Shown: positions 17,822 through 27,427 of the stretch, one piece after another
How the letters are laid out: each line of letters begins with the position of its first letter
Numbering within the stretch: position 1 is the first letter of the stretch
Made by a program: the position numbers and the translations under genes
Source of the DNA: a virus
Reading direction: 5' to 3' (one strand)
DNA length: 64,000 bases
Virus record (IMG/VR): IMGVR_UViG_3300045988_135019
The notes under the pieces: generated by a model
The model's input: only the letters and a program-made list of their open reading frames with translations
The model's database searches: none
What the model was told of the DNA's origin: nothing

Positions 17822-17975
17822 TTAACTCTCCCCTTTCCTTTAATGCTTCTATAAAATCTATCATATATTCACATTCTTCACACTTTTCATTACAAATAGT
17901 ATATGTTTCTGGAGCTAGTGGACATATTATATATCCTTGTTCTTCTGCTAATGCGTCTCTCAACCATTGTTCCAT
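17808..17975 (-). CDS. small Cys-rich hypothetical protein (55 aa)
   Basis: Below the track cut-off. ATG 17975; MEQWLRDALAEEQGYIICPLAPETYTICNEKCEECEYMIDF...; the stop overlaps the start of 17030..17821. Confidence 0.45.
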   Translation of the reverse strand: MEQWLRDALAEEQGYIICPLAPETYTICNEKCEECEYMIDFIEALKERGELNERE

Positions 17976-17982
17976 ATCTTAT

Positions 17983-18240
17983 TTACTTCTCCCTTAAATC
18001 GTATTGTTCTATATTTTCTAAAGCTTCCTCAAAATTATATCCTAAACAAGGGTCAAAATAATCTTCATCTTCATCACCACTACAAAAATTCCAACCACCT
18101 TCGTACCCACTCATTTCACCACCAGACCTTATAGTCTCATACCACACTTCTACATTTTTATGTCCTAATTTTTCTAGCTCTTTTTTTAATTTTTTAGCTT
18201 TAGGTGTATTATTCACTTTTTTATCTGTATATCTTCCCAT
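17983..18240 (-). CDS. hypothetical protein
   Basis: Track ORF; AAGGAG RBS. Confidence 0.6.
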   Translation of the reverse strand: MGRYTDKKVNNTPKAKKLKKELEKLGHKNVEVWYETIRSGGEMSGYEGGWNFCSGDEDEDYFDPCLGYNFEEALENIEQYDLREK

Positions 18241-18243
18241 ATC

Positions 18244-18489
18244 TTATTTACTCCTTTCCAATATTTCATTTTGCAAGTCATTTATTCTAGCTCTTAAAAC
18301 TTGATGATATGTTCTCATAGCTTGAAATTGAACTTCCAATAAATTTGCTTGTTGTTTTGAAATTTTTGTTATTCTAATTGAATTTATAAAATCCTCTAAC
18401 TTCATTATTTTTTCAAAAAGTTCATTATCTTCATCCCATAATTTATCTTGTATTCTCTCTATTTCGTTAATTTTTTCTTCATTACTCAT
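18244..18489 (-). CDS. hypothetical protein
   Basis: Track ORF; AAGGAGA RBS. Confidence 0.6.
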   Translation of the reverse strand: MSNEEKINEIERIQDKLWDEDNELFEKIMKLEDFINSIRITKISKQQANLLEVQFQAMRTYHQVLRARINDLQNEILERSK

Positions 18490-18531
18490 ATCTTATTATC
18501 TCCTTAATAATACTTTATAAATTTATAATTT

Positions 18532-18924
18532 TTATTTTAAGAAATAAATAGTTGACTTCTCTGGTAAAGAATTTAATGCATAATCTATTTCTTCATTTTT
18601 TATATCATTTCCATAATCAGATTTGTATATAGCAAAAATAAAAGTATTATCAATATCATAATCATTAAAAGAATGCTGTGCACTTGCTGGTCTAAACCAT
18701 TCAGGCATATCTCCACATGTTCTTTGTGGTCTAGTAATTTCTATATTGTCTACTATAATTAACATTCTTATAAAACCTTTATCTTCTATATATTCTTGTA
18801 AGTCTTTCCTACCTTGTTCACTTAGTTTTTTATATTCTGTATTTATCCATGCAAAAGGCACTGTATTATCGCTATTCCAAACTCTAGTGAAAAATCGTTT
18901 AATTTCAGTTGTTTCTTTTTTCAT
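18532..18924 (-). CDS. hypothetical protein
   Basis: Track ORF; AAAGGAAA RBS. Confidence 0.6.
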   Translation of the reverse strand: MKKETTEIKRFFTRVWNSDNTVPFAWINTEYKKLSEQGRKDLQEYIEDKGFIRMLIIVDNIEITRPQRTCGDMPEWFRPASAQHSFNDYDIDNTFIFAIYKSDYGNDIKNEEIDYALNSLPEKSTIYFLK

Positions 18925-19941
18925 TTATTTTTCCTTTCTAAAACAATATTTATCTAATAATAATTCAAAATTTTCTTTACCATAATCACTAGGAGAACCT
19001 TTACTTCCCTTTGGAATTACTTTGTTTTCATTGTCAAATAGGCAATATATTTCCTTACTATTATTAAATATTCCACCCTTTAATTTATCGCATTGTGTTA
19101 ATAAATGTTCTATATTTATTCCTTCATCTAATGCAAGTATAACTTTATTTACAGGCAATGATTTTATTATTCTAGCTTGAGTATCAGTAATATTACAGTT
19201 TCCAAGAGCTAAAGCATTATGATAACCATAACTATCAAGCTGCATCACAAATTTTTCACTTTCTCCAATTATAACACAATCACTCTCTTCAATTCCTTTT
19301 TTATTTTCATATATTCCATAAAGGAAATTTCCTTTAGAAAAATTTTCTATAGCTTTCCATTTTGGATTGTTCCCTAAATCATTAAAATTATATCTACCAG
19401 TAATTCCTACTAAATTACCTTTTTTGTCAAACCAAGGAACAATTATTCGATTAGTCATAGGGTCATATTTAATATTAAATTTGAATTGAGTTTCTAAAGA
19501 AATATTATCTTTCAAAAATCTTGTATTAGGATAGTCAATGTATTTGTCTAATGTTTCTTTAGGATATATATAATTTTCATTTTTCTTTTTGCTTCTACAT
19601 TTTTTATATAATCCATTAAAAATAATTGGTAAAGAAAGATTTTTTAAATCTTTAATATTCAAAATACTCATAATAGTATTTATGGTTTGACATAAACTCC
19701 AATTATTATGAATGGCTATTAAATTAATTAGTGTTCCCCCAATACCTTTACTGAATACATATGCTTGTAAAGTATCACAATTTATCCATACAGAAGTTGG
19801 ATTTCCACCTTCATAATATGCACATCTGATTTCATTCTTTCCATTAGAAAAAGAGATAGAGTGAAAATCAGTTAATTCTAATATTTTAATTATATCTTCT
19901 GGTCTGTTTCTAAGATATTCATTTAATATTTCAACTGACAT
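18925..19941 (-). CDS. DNA primase (TOPRIM domain)
   Basis: CVIIGESEKFVMQLDSYGYHNALALG...VILALDEG. Sits immediately upstream of the helicase. Confidence 0.65.
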   Translation of the reverse strand: MSVEILNEYLRNRPEDIIKILELTDFHSISFSNGKNEIRCAYYEGGNPTSVWINCDTLQAYVFSKGIGGTLINLIAIHNNWSLCQTINTIMSILNIKDLKNLSLPIIFNGLYKKCRSKKKNENYIYPKETLDKYIDYPNTRFLKDNISLETQFKFNIKYDPMTNRIIVPWFDKKGNLVGITGRYNFNDLGNNPKWKAIENFSKGNFLYGIYENKKGIEESDCVIIGESEKFVMQLDSYGYHNALALGNCNITDTQARIIKSLPVNKVILALDEGINIEHLLTQCDKLKGGIFNNSKEIYCLFDNENKVIPKGSKGSPSDYGKENFELLLDKYCFRKEK

Positions 19942-19955
19942 TCCCCTATCTCCTT

Positions 19956-21422
19956 CTATATTTTATTTTCTTCTCCTACTTTACAATTTCCAATCTCTTT
20001 CCATTTATTTACATTTGGAATAAATTCATATAATATAGTTTGCCCATTTTCTCCATTTCTACTTTTGACATGAAAGAAAATTTTATAAAATTTCCCTTCT
20101 TGCCATACTATTGGGAAAGGAACTTTTTCTGAGCTTCTACCTTGACCATCTACTGTATTTGAAGTAGCTTCCAAATCTTTTTCACATGAAGTATATTCAT
20201 CACTCCAAATATCTCTAAACATAAAAATTTCTTCATATATCTCTGAGATTTGTTTACTGTTAGAAAGTACACTTTCATTTAGCCATCTAACTTTGCCTTT
20301 AGTAGATAATGATAATTGTACAGGAGTAATAACTGCTACATTTTCTTTTGAAGCTATTTGAAATAGTTCTTTACTATCATTTAAAAATGATTGCCATACT
20401 GTATCCGTGGTAGCATCAACTTTAAATGTATCATATACAAATAAATCAAAATCTTGTTTTGCAAGTTTTTTTATTGTTCTTTTAATATTTTTCATTCCAT
20501 AGTCATAAACTCTTTGAAAGAGAATATTTTCAAGATAATCTTCTTTAACAATTTTATCTGCTTTTTTAAAAGCTTCTTCATCTTGTTTAGTAAAATTTAA
20601 ATTCTTTAATTTTCTTCTATCTATATTCCAATAATCTAACCTACTGGTTAATACATGTATATAAAGTAAATCTTTGAATATGATAGCATCTTGTTCATTG
20701 CTTATGATACAAATTTTTGTGCCTTGTTCTGCAAGTGGTATAACTATATTTTCAAATACAAAACTGGTTTTACCACCATTTGTATAACTAGCAAACATTG
20801 TCAATCCTTTTCTAGGTATTCCATTTGAAGAATAATTAAGTAAAGGACTATACTTACCAAATTGCAAACCTATACCTTGACCAGTCTTTTTAAATTCAAT
20901 ATCTTTGTCTGTCATATTTAAAGATTGCAATTGCTTATCATGTGTAAGATTTAATGCTAATGTATTAAGTTGAAAATCGAAAAAATCAATAACTTCATCT
21001 GGTGTATTTAAATCATTTAATTTTTTAATATTACTATCTACATCAAATCCTTTATCTTTTAGTTTAATTAGTAAGTTGTTTTTTAATAGAGCATTATAAT
21101 AAGCTTCTGTATTTTCTGGTTCTAATAGACTTATTGCTTCTTCTATTGATTTCCATCCACCACGATTTTCATATTCTGCTTTTAAGTTTGGAAAATCTTC
21201 TAAAAAGGTACTAATTGATATTTCATCAAAGTTCTTAAAACCTTTTTTTGCCATATTATAACCTAGATTGTAATAAAATTTTCCATCTGAAGAAAATAAA
21301 TCCTTATCTGGGTCTATAGGGAAGTCATCAAAAAGCTCTAATGGATTAGTATATAATGATAAAACAAAATTACCTTCAAGTGGAATACGGTTTTTCAATA
21401 AGTTAGTTTCATTTCTTCCCAT
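19956..21422 (-). CDS. dnaB: replicative DNA helicase, DnaB-like
   Basis: Walker A SYTNGGKTSF, Walker B-like FDLFVYDTF, and a DnaB-type N-terminal domain. Confidence 0.75.
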   Translation of the reverse strand: MGRNETNLLKNRIPLEGNFVLSLYTNPLELFDDFPIDPDKDLFSSDGKFYYNLGYNMAKKGFKNFDEISISTFLEDFPNLKAEYENRGGWKSIEEAISLLEPENTEAYYNALLKNNLLIKLKDKGFDVDSNIKKLNDLNTPDEVIDFFDFQLNTLALNLTHDKQLQSLNMTDKDIEFKKTGQGIGLQFGKYSPLLNYSSNGIPRKGLTMFASYTNGGKTSFVFENIVIPLAEQGTKICIISNEQDAIIFKDLLYIHVLTSRLDYWNIDRRKLKNLNFTKQDEEAFKKADKIVKEDYLENILFQRVYDYGMKNIKRTIKKLAKQDFDLFVYDTFKVDATTDTVWQSFLNDSKELFQIASKENVAVITPVQLSLSTKGKVRWLNESVLSNSKQISEIYEEIFMFRDIWSDEYTSCEKDLEATSNTVDGQGRSSEKVPFPIVWQEGKFYKIFFHVKSRNGENGQTILYEFIPNVNKWKEIGNCKVGEENKI

Positions 21423-21437
21423 TTCATTATCACCTTT

Positions 21438-22058
21438 CTAATATTCATCGTCATCTAAATATATACTAAAATCTCTTCTTTTAGTTTTAGTAGTAACTAT
21501 TACTTTGTTTGCTTCTTCATAGTTTATTTCTCTTTTTTCTAGTCCTTTATTTCTTTGTTCTCTTTTTTCTCTTTCTTTAAGAGTATTGTTTAAATTATTT
21601 TTTATTATAGCACATAAATAAGATATTTTTTGTACTTCATTATTAAATTCTTTATTAGAGTTTGCATAATCCATATTATTTAAACATTTCTTTGCTGTAG
21701 CTAATATTATACTATAACTATATGCATAACTCATAGCTTCAATTTTTTTACATAGAAATGTATTAAATTTTTGACCTGGACTATAATTTAAATATCTCTT
21801 ACTTAATAAATCTATAACTTCAAAACGAGCTTTATTTTCAGGAGAAGAGAAGTTTATTTCTTCTATGTTTTTAGTAACCTTTTTTTGTGAATTGGTAACT
21901 TTTTCCATTTGCTTTAAATCTAATTCATTGTTAGCTATTAATTCTTTCTTTATTTTGTCAAACATATATAATGTAATATTCAATTTCTTAGCAATATCTT
22001 TTCTTTTCTTTCCATTTTCTAACATTTCTTTTACATTATTTTTTAATTCTTCTTCCAT
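21438..22058 (-). CDS. hypothetical HTH protein (possible helicase loader or replication organiser)
   Basis: N-terminal GKKRKDIAKKLNITLYMFDKIKKEL. Position between the annealase and the helicase. Confidence 0.45.
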   Translation of the reverse strand: MEEELKNNVKEMLENGKKRKDIAKKLNITLYMFDKIKKELIANNELDLKQMEKVTNSQKKVTKNIEEINFSSPENKARFEVIDLLSKRYLNYSPGQKFNTFLCKKIEAMSYAYSYSIILATAKKCLNNMDYANSNKEFNNEVQKISYLCAIIKNNLNNTLKEREKREQRNKGLEKREINYEEANKVIVTTKTKRRDFSIYLDDDEY

Positions 22059-22069
22059 TTTGAAGTCTC

Positions 22070-22099
22070 CTTAATAAAAAATAGGGAGAAATTCCCTAT
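22070..22099 (-). terminator. intrinsic terminator/attenuator hairpin after the ERF gene
   Basis: Minus strand: ATAGGGA-ATTTC-TCCCTAT followed by TTTTTTATT. The stop codon lies inside the stem. Confidence 0.6.
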
Positions 22100-22782
22100 T
22101 TTTGTGTGTTATTTTCTTCTTGTAATTCAGCAGGAATTTCTACTTTTAATAATTCAGCTAAAGATAATATATCTTGTTTGTTTTGTGCTTTTGTAATATC
22201 AGCAAATGTTGCATATCCTAGAGATTTCATAAGTGTTCCTGTTTCTTTCTTTATGTCATCATCTGACTTTTTAAAAGCTTCTTTGCAATCATTTATGATT
22301 TTTTCTAAGACTGTTTTTTCAGTTTTAGCTTTCTTTTTCTTTTCAAATTCTGCACTATCAAACATGTCAGCTTCAACTATATCAAAGGCATTCATATATA
22401 AATATCTTCTTAGATAAGTTTCAGCACCGCCTAAAGCTTGAATTGCATTAGCTCCTTTTAATTCTAATTCTTTTAATGGGCTTTCATATTGAACAATATG
22501 GTATTCATTTGGATTTCCTTCTTGAATTACTTCTGCATTGCAATCTACAATATTTAATATTCCTTTATCCTCTGTAAAAGTAATTTGTGTAAATAGTCCA
22601 TATTTTGCACATAATTCAATAATAGAAGGTAAAAAATCTCCTAATTCATAATATTTAAATCCTGAGAATTTGTTTTCCCCAGATTTTTTTAATTCTCTTT
22701 CAGACAATTCTTTTTTTACTGCTTGTATTTTTTGATAAATATTCATATTTCTAAGCATTGTAATTTCATCTATTTTATCCAT
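22096..22782 (-). CDS. erf: ERF-family single-strand annealing protein
   Basis: GANAIQALGGAETYLRRYLYMNAF (the GxxxTYxRRY signature as I recall it) and an acidic/lysine-rich tail. Confidence 0.7.
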   Translation of the reverse strand: MDKIDEITMLRNMNIYQKIQAVKKELSERELKKSGENKFSGFKYYELGDFLPSIIELCAKYGLFTQITFTEDKGILNIVDCNAEVIQEGNPNEYHIVQYESPLKELELKGANAIQALGGAETYLRRYLYMNAFDIVEADMFDSAEFEKKKKAKTEKTVLEKIINDCKEAFKKSDDDIKKETGTLMKSLGYATFADITKAQNKQDILSLAELLKVEIPAELQEENNTQK

Positions 22783-22797
22783 AATAACAGTCTCCTT

Positions 22798-23835
22798 TTA
22801 ATTAAATGGGTTTTGTTTGGCATCATCATTTGCCAATTTGTCAATTGTTTCTTCTCCTATAATATCTGTTTGATAAATATTACTTTTAAATTCATTTTCT
22901 GTACAATTTAATTTTGTATATACAGAGCCATCTTTAGACAATGTATTGTCAGGTCTTGTAAGGCAAATAATTTCTTTTGCTTCTGATACAATATTTTGCA
23001 TATATTCTTTTATATCTCTTCCTGCATTTTTTATTTCAAATTGTATATCTTTTGGTAATGTTTCTAAAGGTGGTAATATCAATTGTGCACCTCTAACATA
23101 TTGAGCATCCCATTTTGCCTTTACAAAACCCAACTCTTTTGGTGGCAACATATTTTCTTTTCTGTGTCTTATTATTTCTACATCTGTTGGATTTTTAAAG
23201 TCAAATCTATTAGTATTAAACTCTACTTGAATAGGAATATATTTATTAGATTTAAGACTATAAATATATTGCTCTATATAAGCATTAAGTATAAATCTAT
23301 TTCTTTTGTCGCTTTCATCCAATCCTTCATGATTATAGAATAAATCTAAATGCATTTTAAATTCAGGAATTGTTTCATTTGTAGTTTTAATGCTTCTTAT
23401 GTTGAAATTATTATAGAATTTGCCATTATATTCTGTAATAGTAAAATCTCCTTCTACTTTAAATAAAGTATTTTTATCATACATATCTAAAGCTGTATCG
23501 ATATATTCCATAAAATCTTGATTATATATAAATTCCTTATTTTCTCCATTAAGAGTATTTAAGTTTGTAACTACTTTTGAAACATATGAAACACTTGACA
23601 ATATATTTGGATTAAATCTTTCTTCATATGGAACATATTGTCTGCCACCTTTGTTATGCAACATAACTGGGATACTTCCACTATATATATTATTTCCAGT
23701 TAATTGAACATATGCTGAGTTTGTTTCATTTTGTCTTACAATTAGTTTCATTATTTTATTTCCAGTAGGTAGTTTCTTAATAAATTGACCTTCTTTAGGT
23801 TTTATAATATTTCCAATAAATTCAAATGTATTCAT
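22798..23835 (-). CDS. hypothetical protein (possible OB-fold/ssDNA-binding partner of ERF)
   Basis: Track ORF, 345 aa. Function guessed from position only. Confidence 0.55.
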   Translation of the reverse strand: MNTFEFIGNIIKPKEGQFIKKLPTGNKIMKLIVRQNETNSAYVQLTGNNIYSGSIPVMLHNKGGRQYVPYEERFNPNILSSVSYVSKVVTNLNTLNGENKEFIYNQDFMEYIDTALDMYDKNTLFKVEGDFTITEYNGKFYNNFNIRSIKTTNETIPEFKMHLDLFYNHEGLDESDKRNRFILNAYIEQYIYSLKSNKYIPIQVEFNTNRFDFKNPTDVEIIRHRKENMLPPKELGFVKAKWDAQYVRGAQLILPPLETLPKDIQFEIKNAGRDIKEYMQNIVSEAKEIICLTRPDNTLSKDGSVYTKLNCTENEFKSNIYQTDIIGEETIDKLANDDAKQNPFN

Positions 23836-23867
23836 ATAAATTCCCTTTCTATAATTTTATTTCCATA

Positions 23868-24134
23868 TTATTTGTTTTTTTCAGCCATTTCTTCCATTGC
23901 TTCTTCTGCTGCTTTTCTATTTTCTTCTTCTCTTTTTGCAGTTTCTTGTTTTGCTTTTATTAACCCTTCTAATTGAGCAATAAATCCTAACATATTAGTT
24001 GCACAACCATTTAAATTAACATATTTTTGTGTTTGTTTTGCTGGGTCTAATTTATCAATAGCCTCATACATTCTCTTTTTTTGTTTTTTAAAAAATTCTA
24101 AATCATCAATTTCTTTTATTTCAAATTCTCCCAT
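23868..24134 (-). CDS. hypothetical protein
   Basis: Track ORF, first gene after promoter 24167..24195. Confidence 0.6.
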   Translation of the reverse strand: MGEFEIKEIDDLEFFKKQKKRMYEAIDKLDPAKQTQKYVNLNGCATNMLGFIAQLEGLIKAKQETAKREEENRKAAEEAMEEMAEKNK

Positions 24135-24166
24135 TTTAATATCTCCTTTTTATATTTTATATTATA

Positions 24167-24195
24167 ATTATATCATATTTCCTTTTGAATGTCAA
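24167..24195 (-). promoter_or_regulatory. sigma-70-type promoter (TTGACA-17-TATAAT)
   Basis: Minus strand: TTGACA 24195..24190, TATAAT 24172..24167. Confidence 0.7.
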
Positions 24196-24201
24196 GAGTT
24201 C

Positions 24202-24546
24202 TTATTCACTTTTTTCTTTTTTAGGTGTATAAAAATCCACATAATCTTTGCAACATACAGTAATAGTACGACCACATTTAGGGCAAGAATTGATTAAAGC
24301 TCTTTTAATAACTCTGTCATTTCCATATTTTTCTTTGCTTTCTTCTGCATAGTGCTTACACTCTTTTAATAATTCTTTGTCTTTTGGAATTTCAACAAAA
24401 GCATATGGCAATTCATATTCCATTCCATTGTCTAATGTCATTTTTTCTTTTTCTTTGCAATGTAAACATTTCGTCATAAATAACTTTTTTGTCTTTTTTG
24501 TTTTTTCTGTAGAATTGTCTACTTCTGTAAATTTAACATCTGGCAT
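24202..24546 (-). CDS. hypothetical zinc-ribbon protein
   Basis: CLHCKEK ... CPKCGRTITVCC. Stop/start junction abuts the cysteine desulfurase gene. Confidence 0.6.
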   Translation of the reverse strand: MPDVKFTEVDNSTEKTKKTKKLFMTKCLHCKEKEKMTLDNGMEYELPYAFVEIPKDKELLKECKHYAEESKEKYGNDRVIKRALINSCPKCGRTITVCCKDYVDFYTPKKEKSE

Positions 24547-24547
24547 T

Positions 24548-25708
24548 TTAATTTCCTCCTTTTAATTTATATAAATAAGAAACATTGGCAATTAAACAAT
24601 TTAATAACTTTTGAACACTTGCCCAGTCGGTGTTATATCCTAAAGTTATTCTCAATGTTCCATTAATAAAATCTTCTGGTACATTCATAGCTTGTAGAAC
24701 ATAAGAAGGTTCTGATTGAGAAGCATGACAAGCTGAACCAATCGAAACATCTATTCCATTATCTATTAAAAACAATTGTATAGTTTGAGCATCTAAGTAT
24801 TTAAAAGATACATTTATATTATTACATACTTTTTTCTTAATATCTCCATTAAATCTTACTAAATCTCCAAACTCTTTTTTCAAGCTGTCCGTTATTTTAT
24901 CTCTTAGAACTTTAATATTATTGCCTTTTTCTTCCCATTCTTCAACAAAATCATTTAAACATAAAGCCAACATAAGATTTCCAAATACATTTTCTGTGCC
25001 TGACCTATAAGAATTCTCCTGTCCTCCGCCATAAATCAATGGAGAAATAGGAATATTTTTCTTTTTATATAGAATTCCTGTTCCTTTAAAAGCACCAAAT
25101 TTATGTCCTGATAAGGATAACAAATCATATTTCTTAACATTTATAGGATTAACTCCAACTGATTGAACACCATCAGTATGAAATACAACATTATTTGTCT
25201 TAGCTAACTTACTAATTTCATTTATTGGTTGAATTATACCTGTTTCATTATTTACAGACATAATAGATATTAATCTTGTTTGGGGAGTAATAGCATTTTT
25301 TAATTGTTCTAATTTAACAACTCCATCTTCATCTACATCAATATATTTAACTATAAATCCTCTTTCTTGAAGTTCTTTTGCTGCATTTAATATAGCAGGG
25401 TGTTCTATTTTACTCACAATAAGCTCATTTTTGCCTTCATATTTCTTATCCCTAGAGTACATAATTCCAAACAATGCCATATTATCACTCTCTGAACCAC
25501 CACTTGTAAATATTATTTCTTCTGGTGCACATTTTAATACATTTGAAACCATTTCTCTGGCTGAATTTAATATTTTTTTAGCTCTAATTCCAAAATTATG
25601 AACAGAAGAAGGATTTCCAAATATATCATAAAAATCATTTGTCTCATAAATTTCTTTGAATATTTTCATGTTTAATGGAGAAGTCCCAGCATAATCAAAA
25701 TATTCCAT
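24548..25708 (-). CDS. cysteine desulfurase (NifS/IscS-like class V aminotransferase)
   Basis: PLP-lysine motif LSLSGHKFGAFKGTGILY and catalytic loop SIGSACHAS. Confidence 0.85.
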   Translation of the reverse strand: MEYFDYAGTSPLNMKIFKEIYETNDFYDIFGNPSSVHNFGIRAKKILNSAREMVSNVLKCAPEEIIFTSGGSESDNMALFGIMYSRDKKYEGKNELIVSKIEHPAILNAAKELQERGFIVKYIDVDEDGVVKLEQLKNAITPQTRLISIMSVNNETGIIQPINEISKLAKTNNVVFHTDGVQSVGVNPINVKKYDLLSLSGHKFGAFKGTGILYKKKNIPISPLIYGGGQENSYRSGTENVFGNLMLALCLNDFVEEWEEKGNNIKVLRDKITDSLKKEFGDLVRFNGDIKKKVCNNINVSFKYLDAQTIQLFLIDNGIDVSIGSACHASQSEPSYVLQAMNVPEDFINGTLRITLGYNTDWASVQKLLNCLIANVSYLYKLKGGN

Positions 25709-25712
25709 AATA

Positions 25713-25862
25713 TTATCTCCTTTTCTTATTCTTTTGAGTTAAAGGGCAAGATACTATTGTTGCTCTATAACTTTGTTTACAATTATTAGAACATTCTATG
25801 CATTTATCATTATAGCAAATCTCTCCCTTTTTGTTTTTATAAAAAATATTCATATCATTCAT
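25713..25862 (-). CDS. small Cys-rich hypothetical protein (49 aa)
   Basis: Below the track cut-off; translated codon by codon. MNDMNIFYKNKKGEICYNDKCIECSNNCKQSYRATIVSCPLTQKNKKRR. GGAG 8 nt upstream. Confidence 0.45.
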   Translation of the reverse strand: MNDMNIFYKNKKGEICYNDKCIECSNNCKQSYRATIVSCPLTQKNKKRR

Positions 25863-25873
25863 ATAAATTCTCC

Positions 25874-26449
25874 TTATTCTAAAATCTTCAGATATACAGT
25901 TCTTCTACCAAATTTAAGTGCTTCTTGATGTGTATTAAAGAAAATATCTATTCTATTTTCTGTAATTGCTCCACCTCTATCTTGAACTATATAAGTTCCC
26001 ATTCCTTTAATTTCTATTTTTGTTCCAAATTTATACCTACTAGACATTGCAACAGTAGTTCCTGCTTTAGCTTTAGCTCCACTTGCTGTAATTCCATTTG
26101 TTTTTCCACAACATTGTTTACAAGGACAATAAGCAGTTGCAACAAATTTGATATATCCCTTTGTAGAAGTATTTTTATTTGAAGTGGTTTTATTTTTAGG
26201 AGTAGATTTTTTTACAGTATCTTTGCTTCTTGTTGTAATCTCTTCTTTTTTTATTTCTTCTTTATTAGGCTGTGTAGGTAGAGAATTTTCAATGATATTT
26301 TCTTCTTTTATGTCATTTACAACTTCAATATTATTTTGTATTTTTAATATATCTTTTTGAGTTTCCATAAATCTTAAAAATCTAGGCATAATACAAATTA
26401 CAAAAATCAATATCAAGATTTGTAGTATTCTTATTATTTTATTTTTCAT
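25874..26449 (-). CDS. 3D-domain (MltA/RlpA-like) cell-wall-binding/lytic protein with an N-terminal membrane anchor
   Basis: ATAYCPCKQCCGKTNGITASG...IVQDRGGAI..NRIDIFF. Confidence 0.75.
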   Translation of the reverse strand: MKNKIIRILQILILIFVICIMPRFLRFMETQKDILKIQNNIEVVNDIKEENIIENSLPTQPNKEEIKKEEITTRSKDTVKKSTPKNKTTSNKNTSTKGYIKFVATAYCPCKQCCGKTNGITASGAKAKAGTTVAMSSRYKFGTKIEIKGMGTYIVQDRGGAITENRIDIFFNTHQEALKFGRRTVYLKILE

Positions 26450-26459
26450 AAATTTCTCC

Positions 26460-27350
26460 TTAATTTAATTTAGAAACAGAATAACTGTCTAATATTTTGT
26501 TTGCTCTTTCTTCTTCATCTCTAATATATATTTGAGTAGTAGAAATACTAGCATGACCTAATACATCTTTTATTCCATTTATATCTACACCTTGATTATA
26601 TAATGCTGTAGCTATACTTCTTCTAAGACTATGGGCAGAAATATTTTTATTTATTCCAGCTCTTTTAGTAATTTTTTTTACTGTTCTATGAATACTTTCA
26701 GGCATCATTGGTGTACCTTTGTCTGATATAAATATATTATTATAAATAGATTGTTTTCTAGCATTATCTATATAATCTTTTATAGCTTCAAAAGTTTCTT
26801 TATTTAATACCATCTTTTGTATTTTATTACCTTTTCTTCTAACATTTATAAAATATGCTTCCTTATTTGTTTCAGGAATTACTACTTTATAACAATCTGA
26901 CAATTGTAAACTTATAACTTCGCTAATTCTAAGACCTGTATTAAGAAATAAAGTAAACATTGCTATTTCTCTTTTTGATTTACAATTATCCAAGAATATT
27001 CTTTGTTCTTCTGGTGTTAAAAATGTTCTCTTTGATGGATTTTTTTGTGGTTTTAATTTTTTTAATACATACATAGCTGGATTATTATTAATATTATATT
27101 TTCTATCTTCCATTAAATAAATATAAAAACTATTTAATGCTTGACATTTTGGTTTAATTGAGTTATCAAGATTATTTTTTTCATTTCTTAAATAATTTAC
27201 CCAATCAATAATATCACTAATTCCTAATTCTCCTAATTTATTTACATTTTCTATATGTGAATAAGTTAAAAAATCTTCTATCCAAGTTCTATAATTTTTC
27301 TTTGTTTTCTCTGAACTTAAAGAGTTAATAAATAAATCTAATTCTTTCAT
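26460..27350 (-). CDS. tyrosine recombinase/integrase (XerC/D-like)
   Basis: HSLRRSIATALYNQG...LGHASISTTQIYI. Start at ATG 27350 (MKELDLF) with GGAGAGG upstream. Confidence 0.85.
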   Translation of the reverse strand: MKELDLFINSLSSEKTKKNYRTWIEDFLTYSHIENVNKLGELGISDIIDWVNYLRNEKNNLDNSIKPKCQALNSFYIYLMEDRKYNINNNPAMYVLKKLKPQKNPSKRTFLTPEEQRIFLDNCKSKREIAMFTLFLNTGLRISEVISLQLSDCYKVVIPETNKEAYFINVRRKGNKIQKMVLNKETFEAIKDYIDNARKQSIYNNIFISDKGTPMMPESIHRTVKKITKRAGINKNISAHSLRRSIATALYNQGVDINGIKDVLGHASISTTQIYIRDEEERANKILDSYSVSKLN

Positions 27351-27380
27351 AATAACCTCTCCTTTTTCTATTATGTACTT

Positions 27381-27409
27381 ATTATAGCACACTTCTTATA
27401 AAAAGTCAA
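27381..27409 (-). promoter_or_regulatory. sigma-70-type promoter (TTGACT-17-TATAAT)
   Basis: Minus strand: TTGACT 27409..27404, TATAAT 27386..27381. Confidence 0.65.
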
Positions 27410-27427
27410 GTGTTTTTATTAAAAAAA

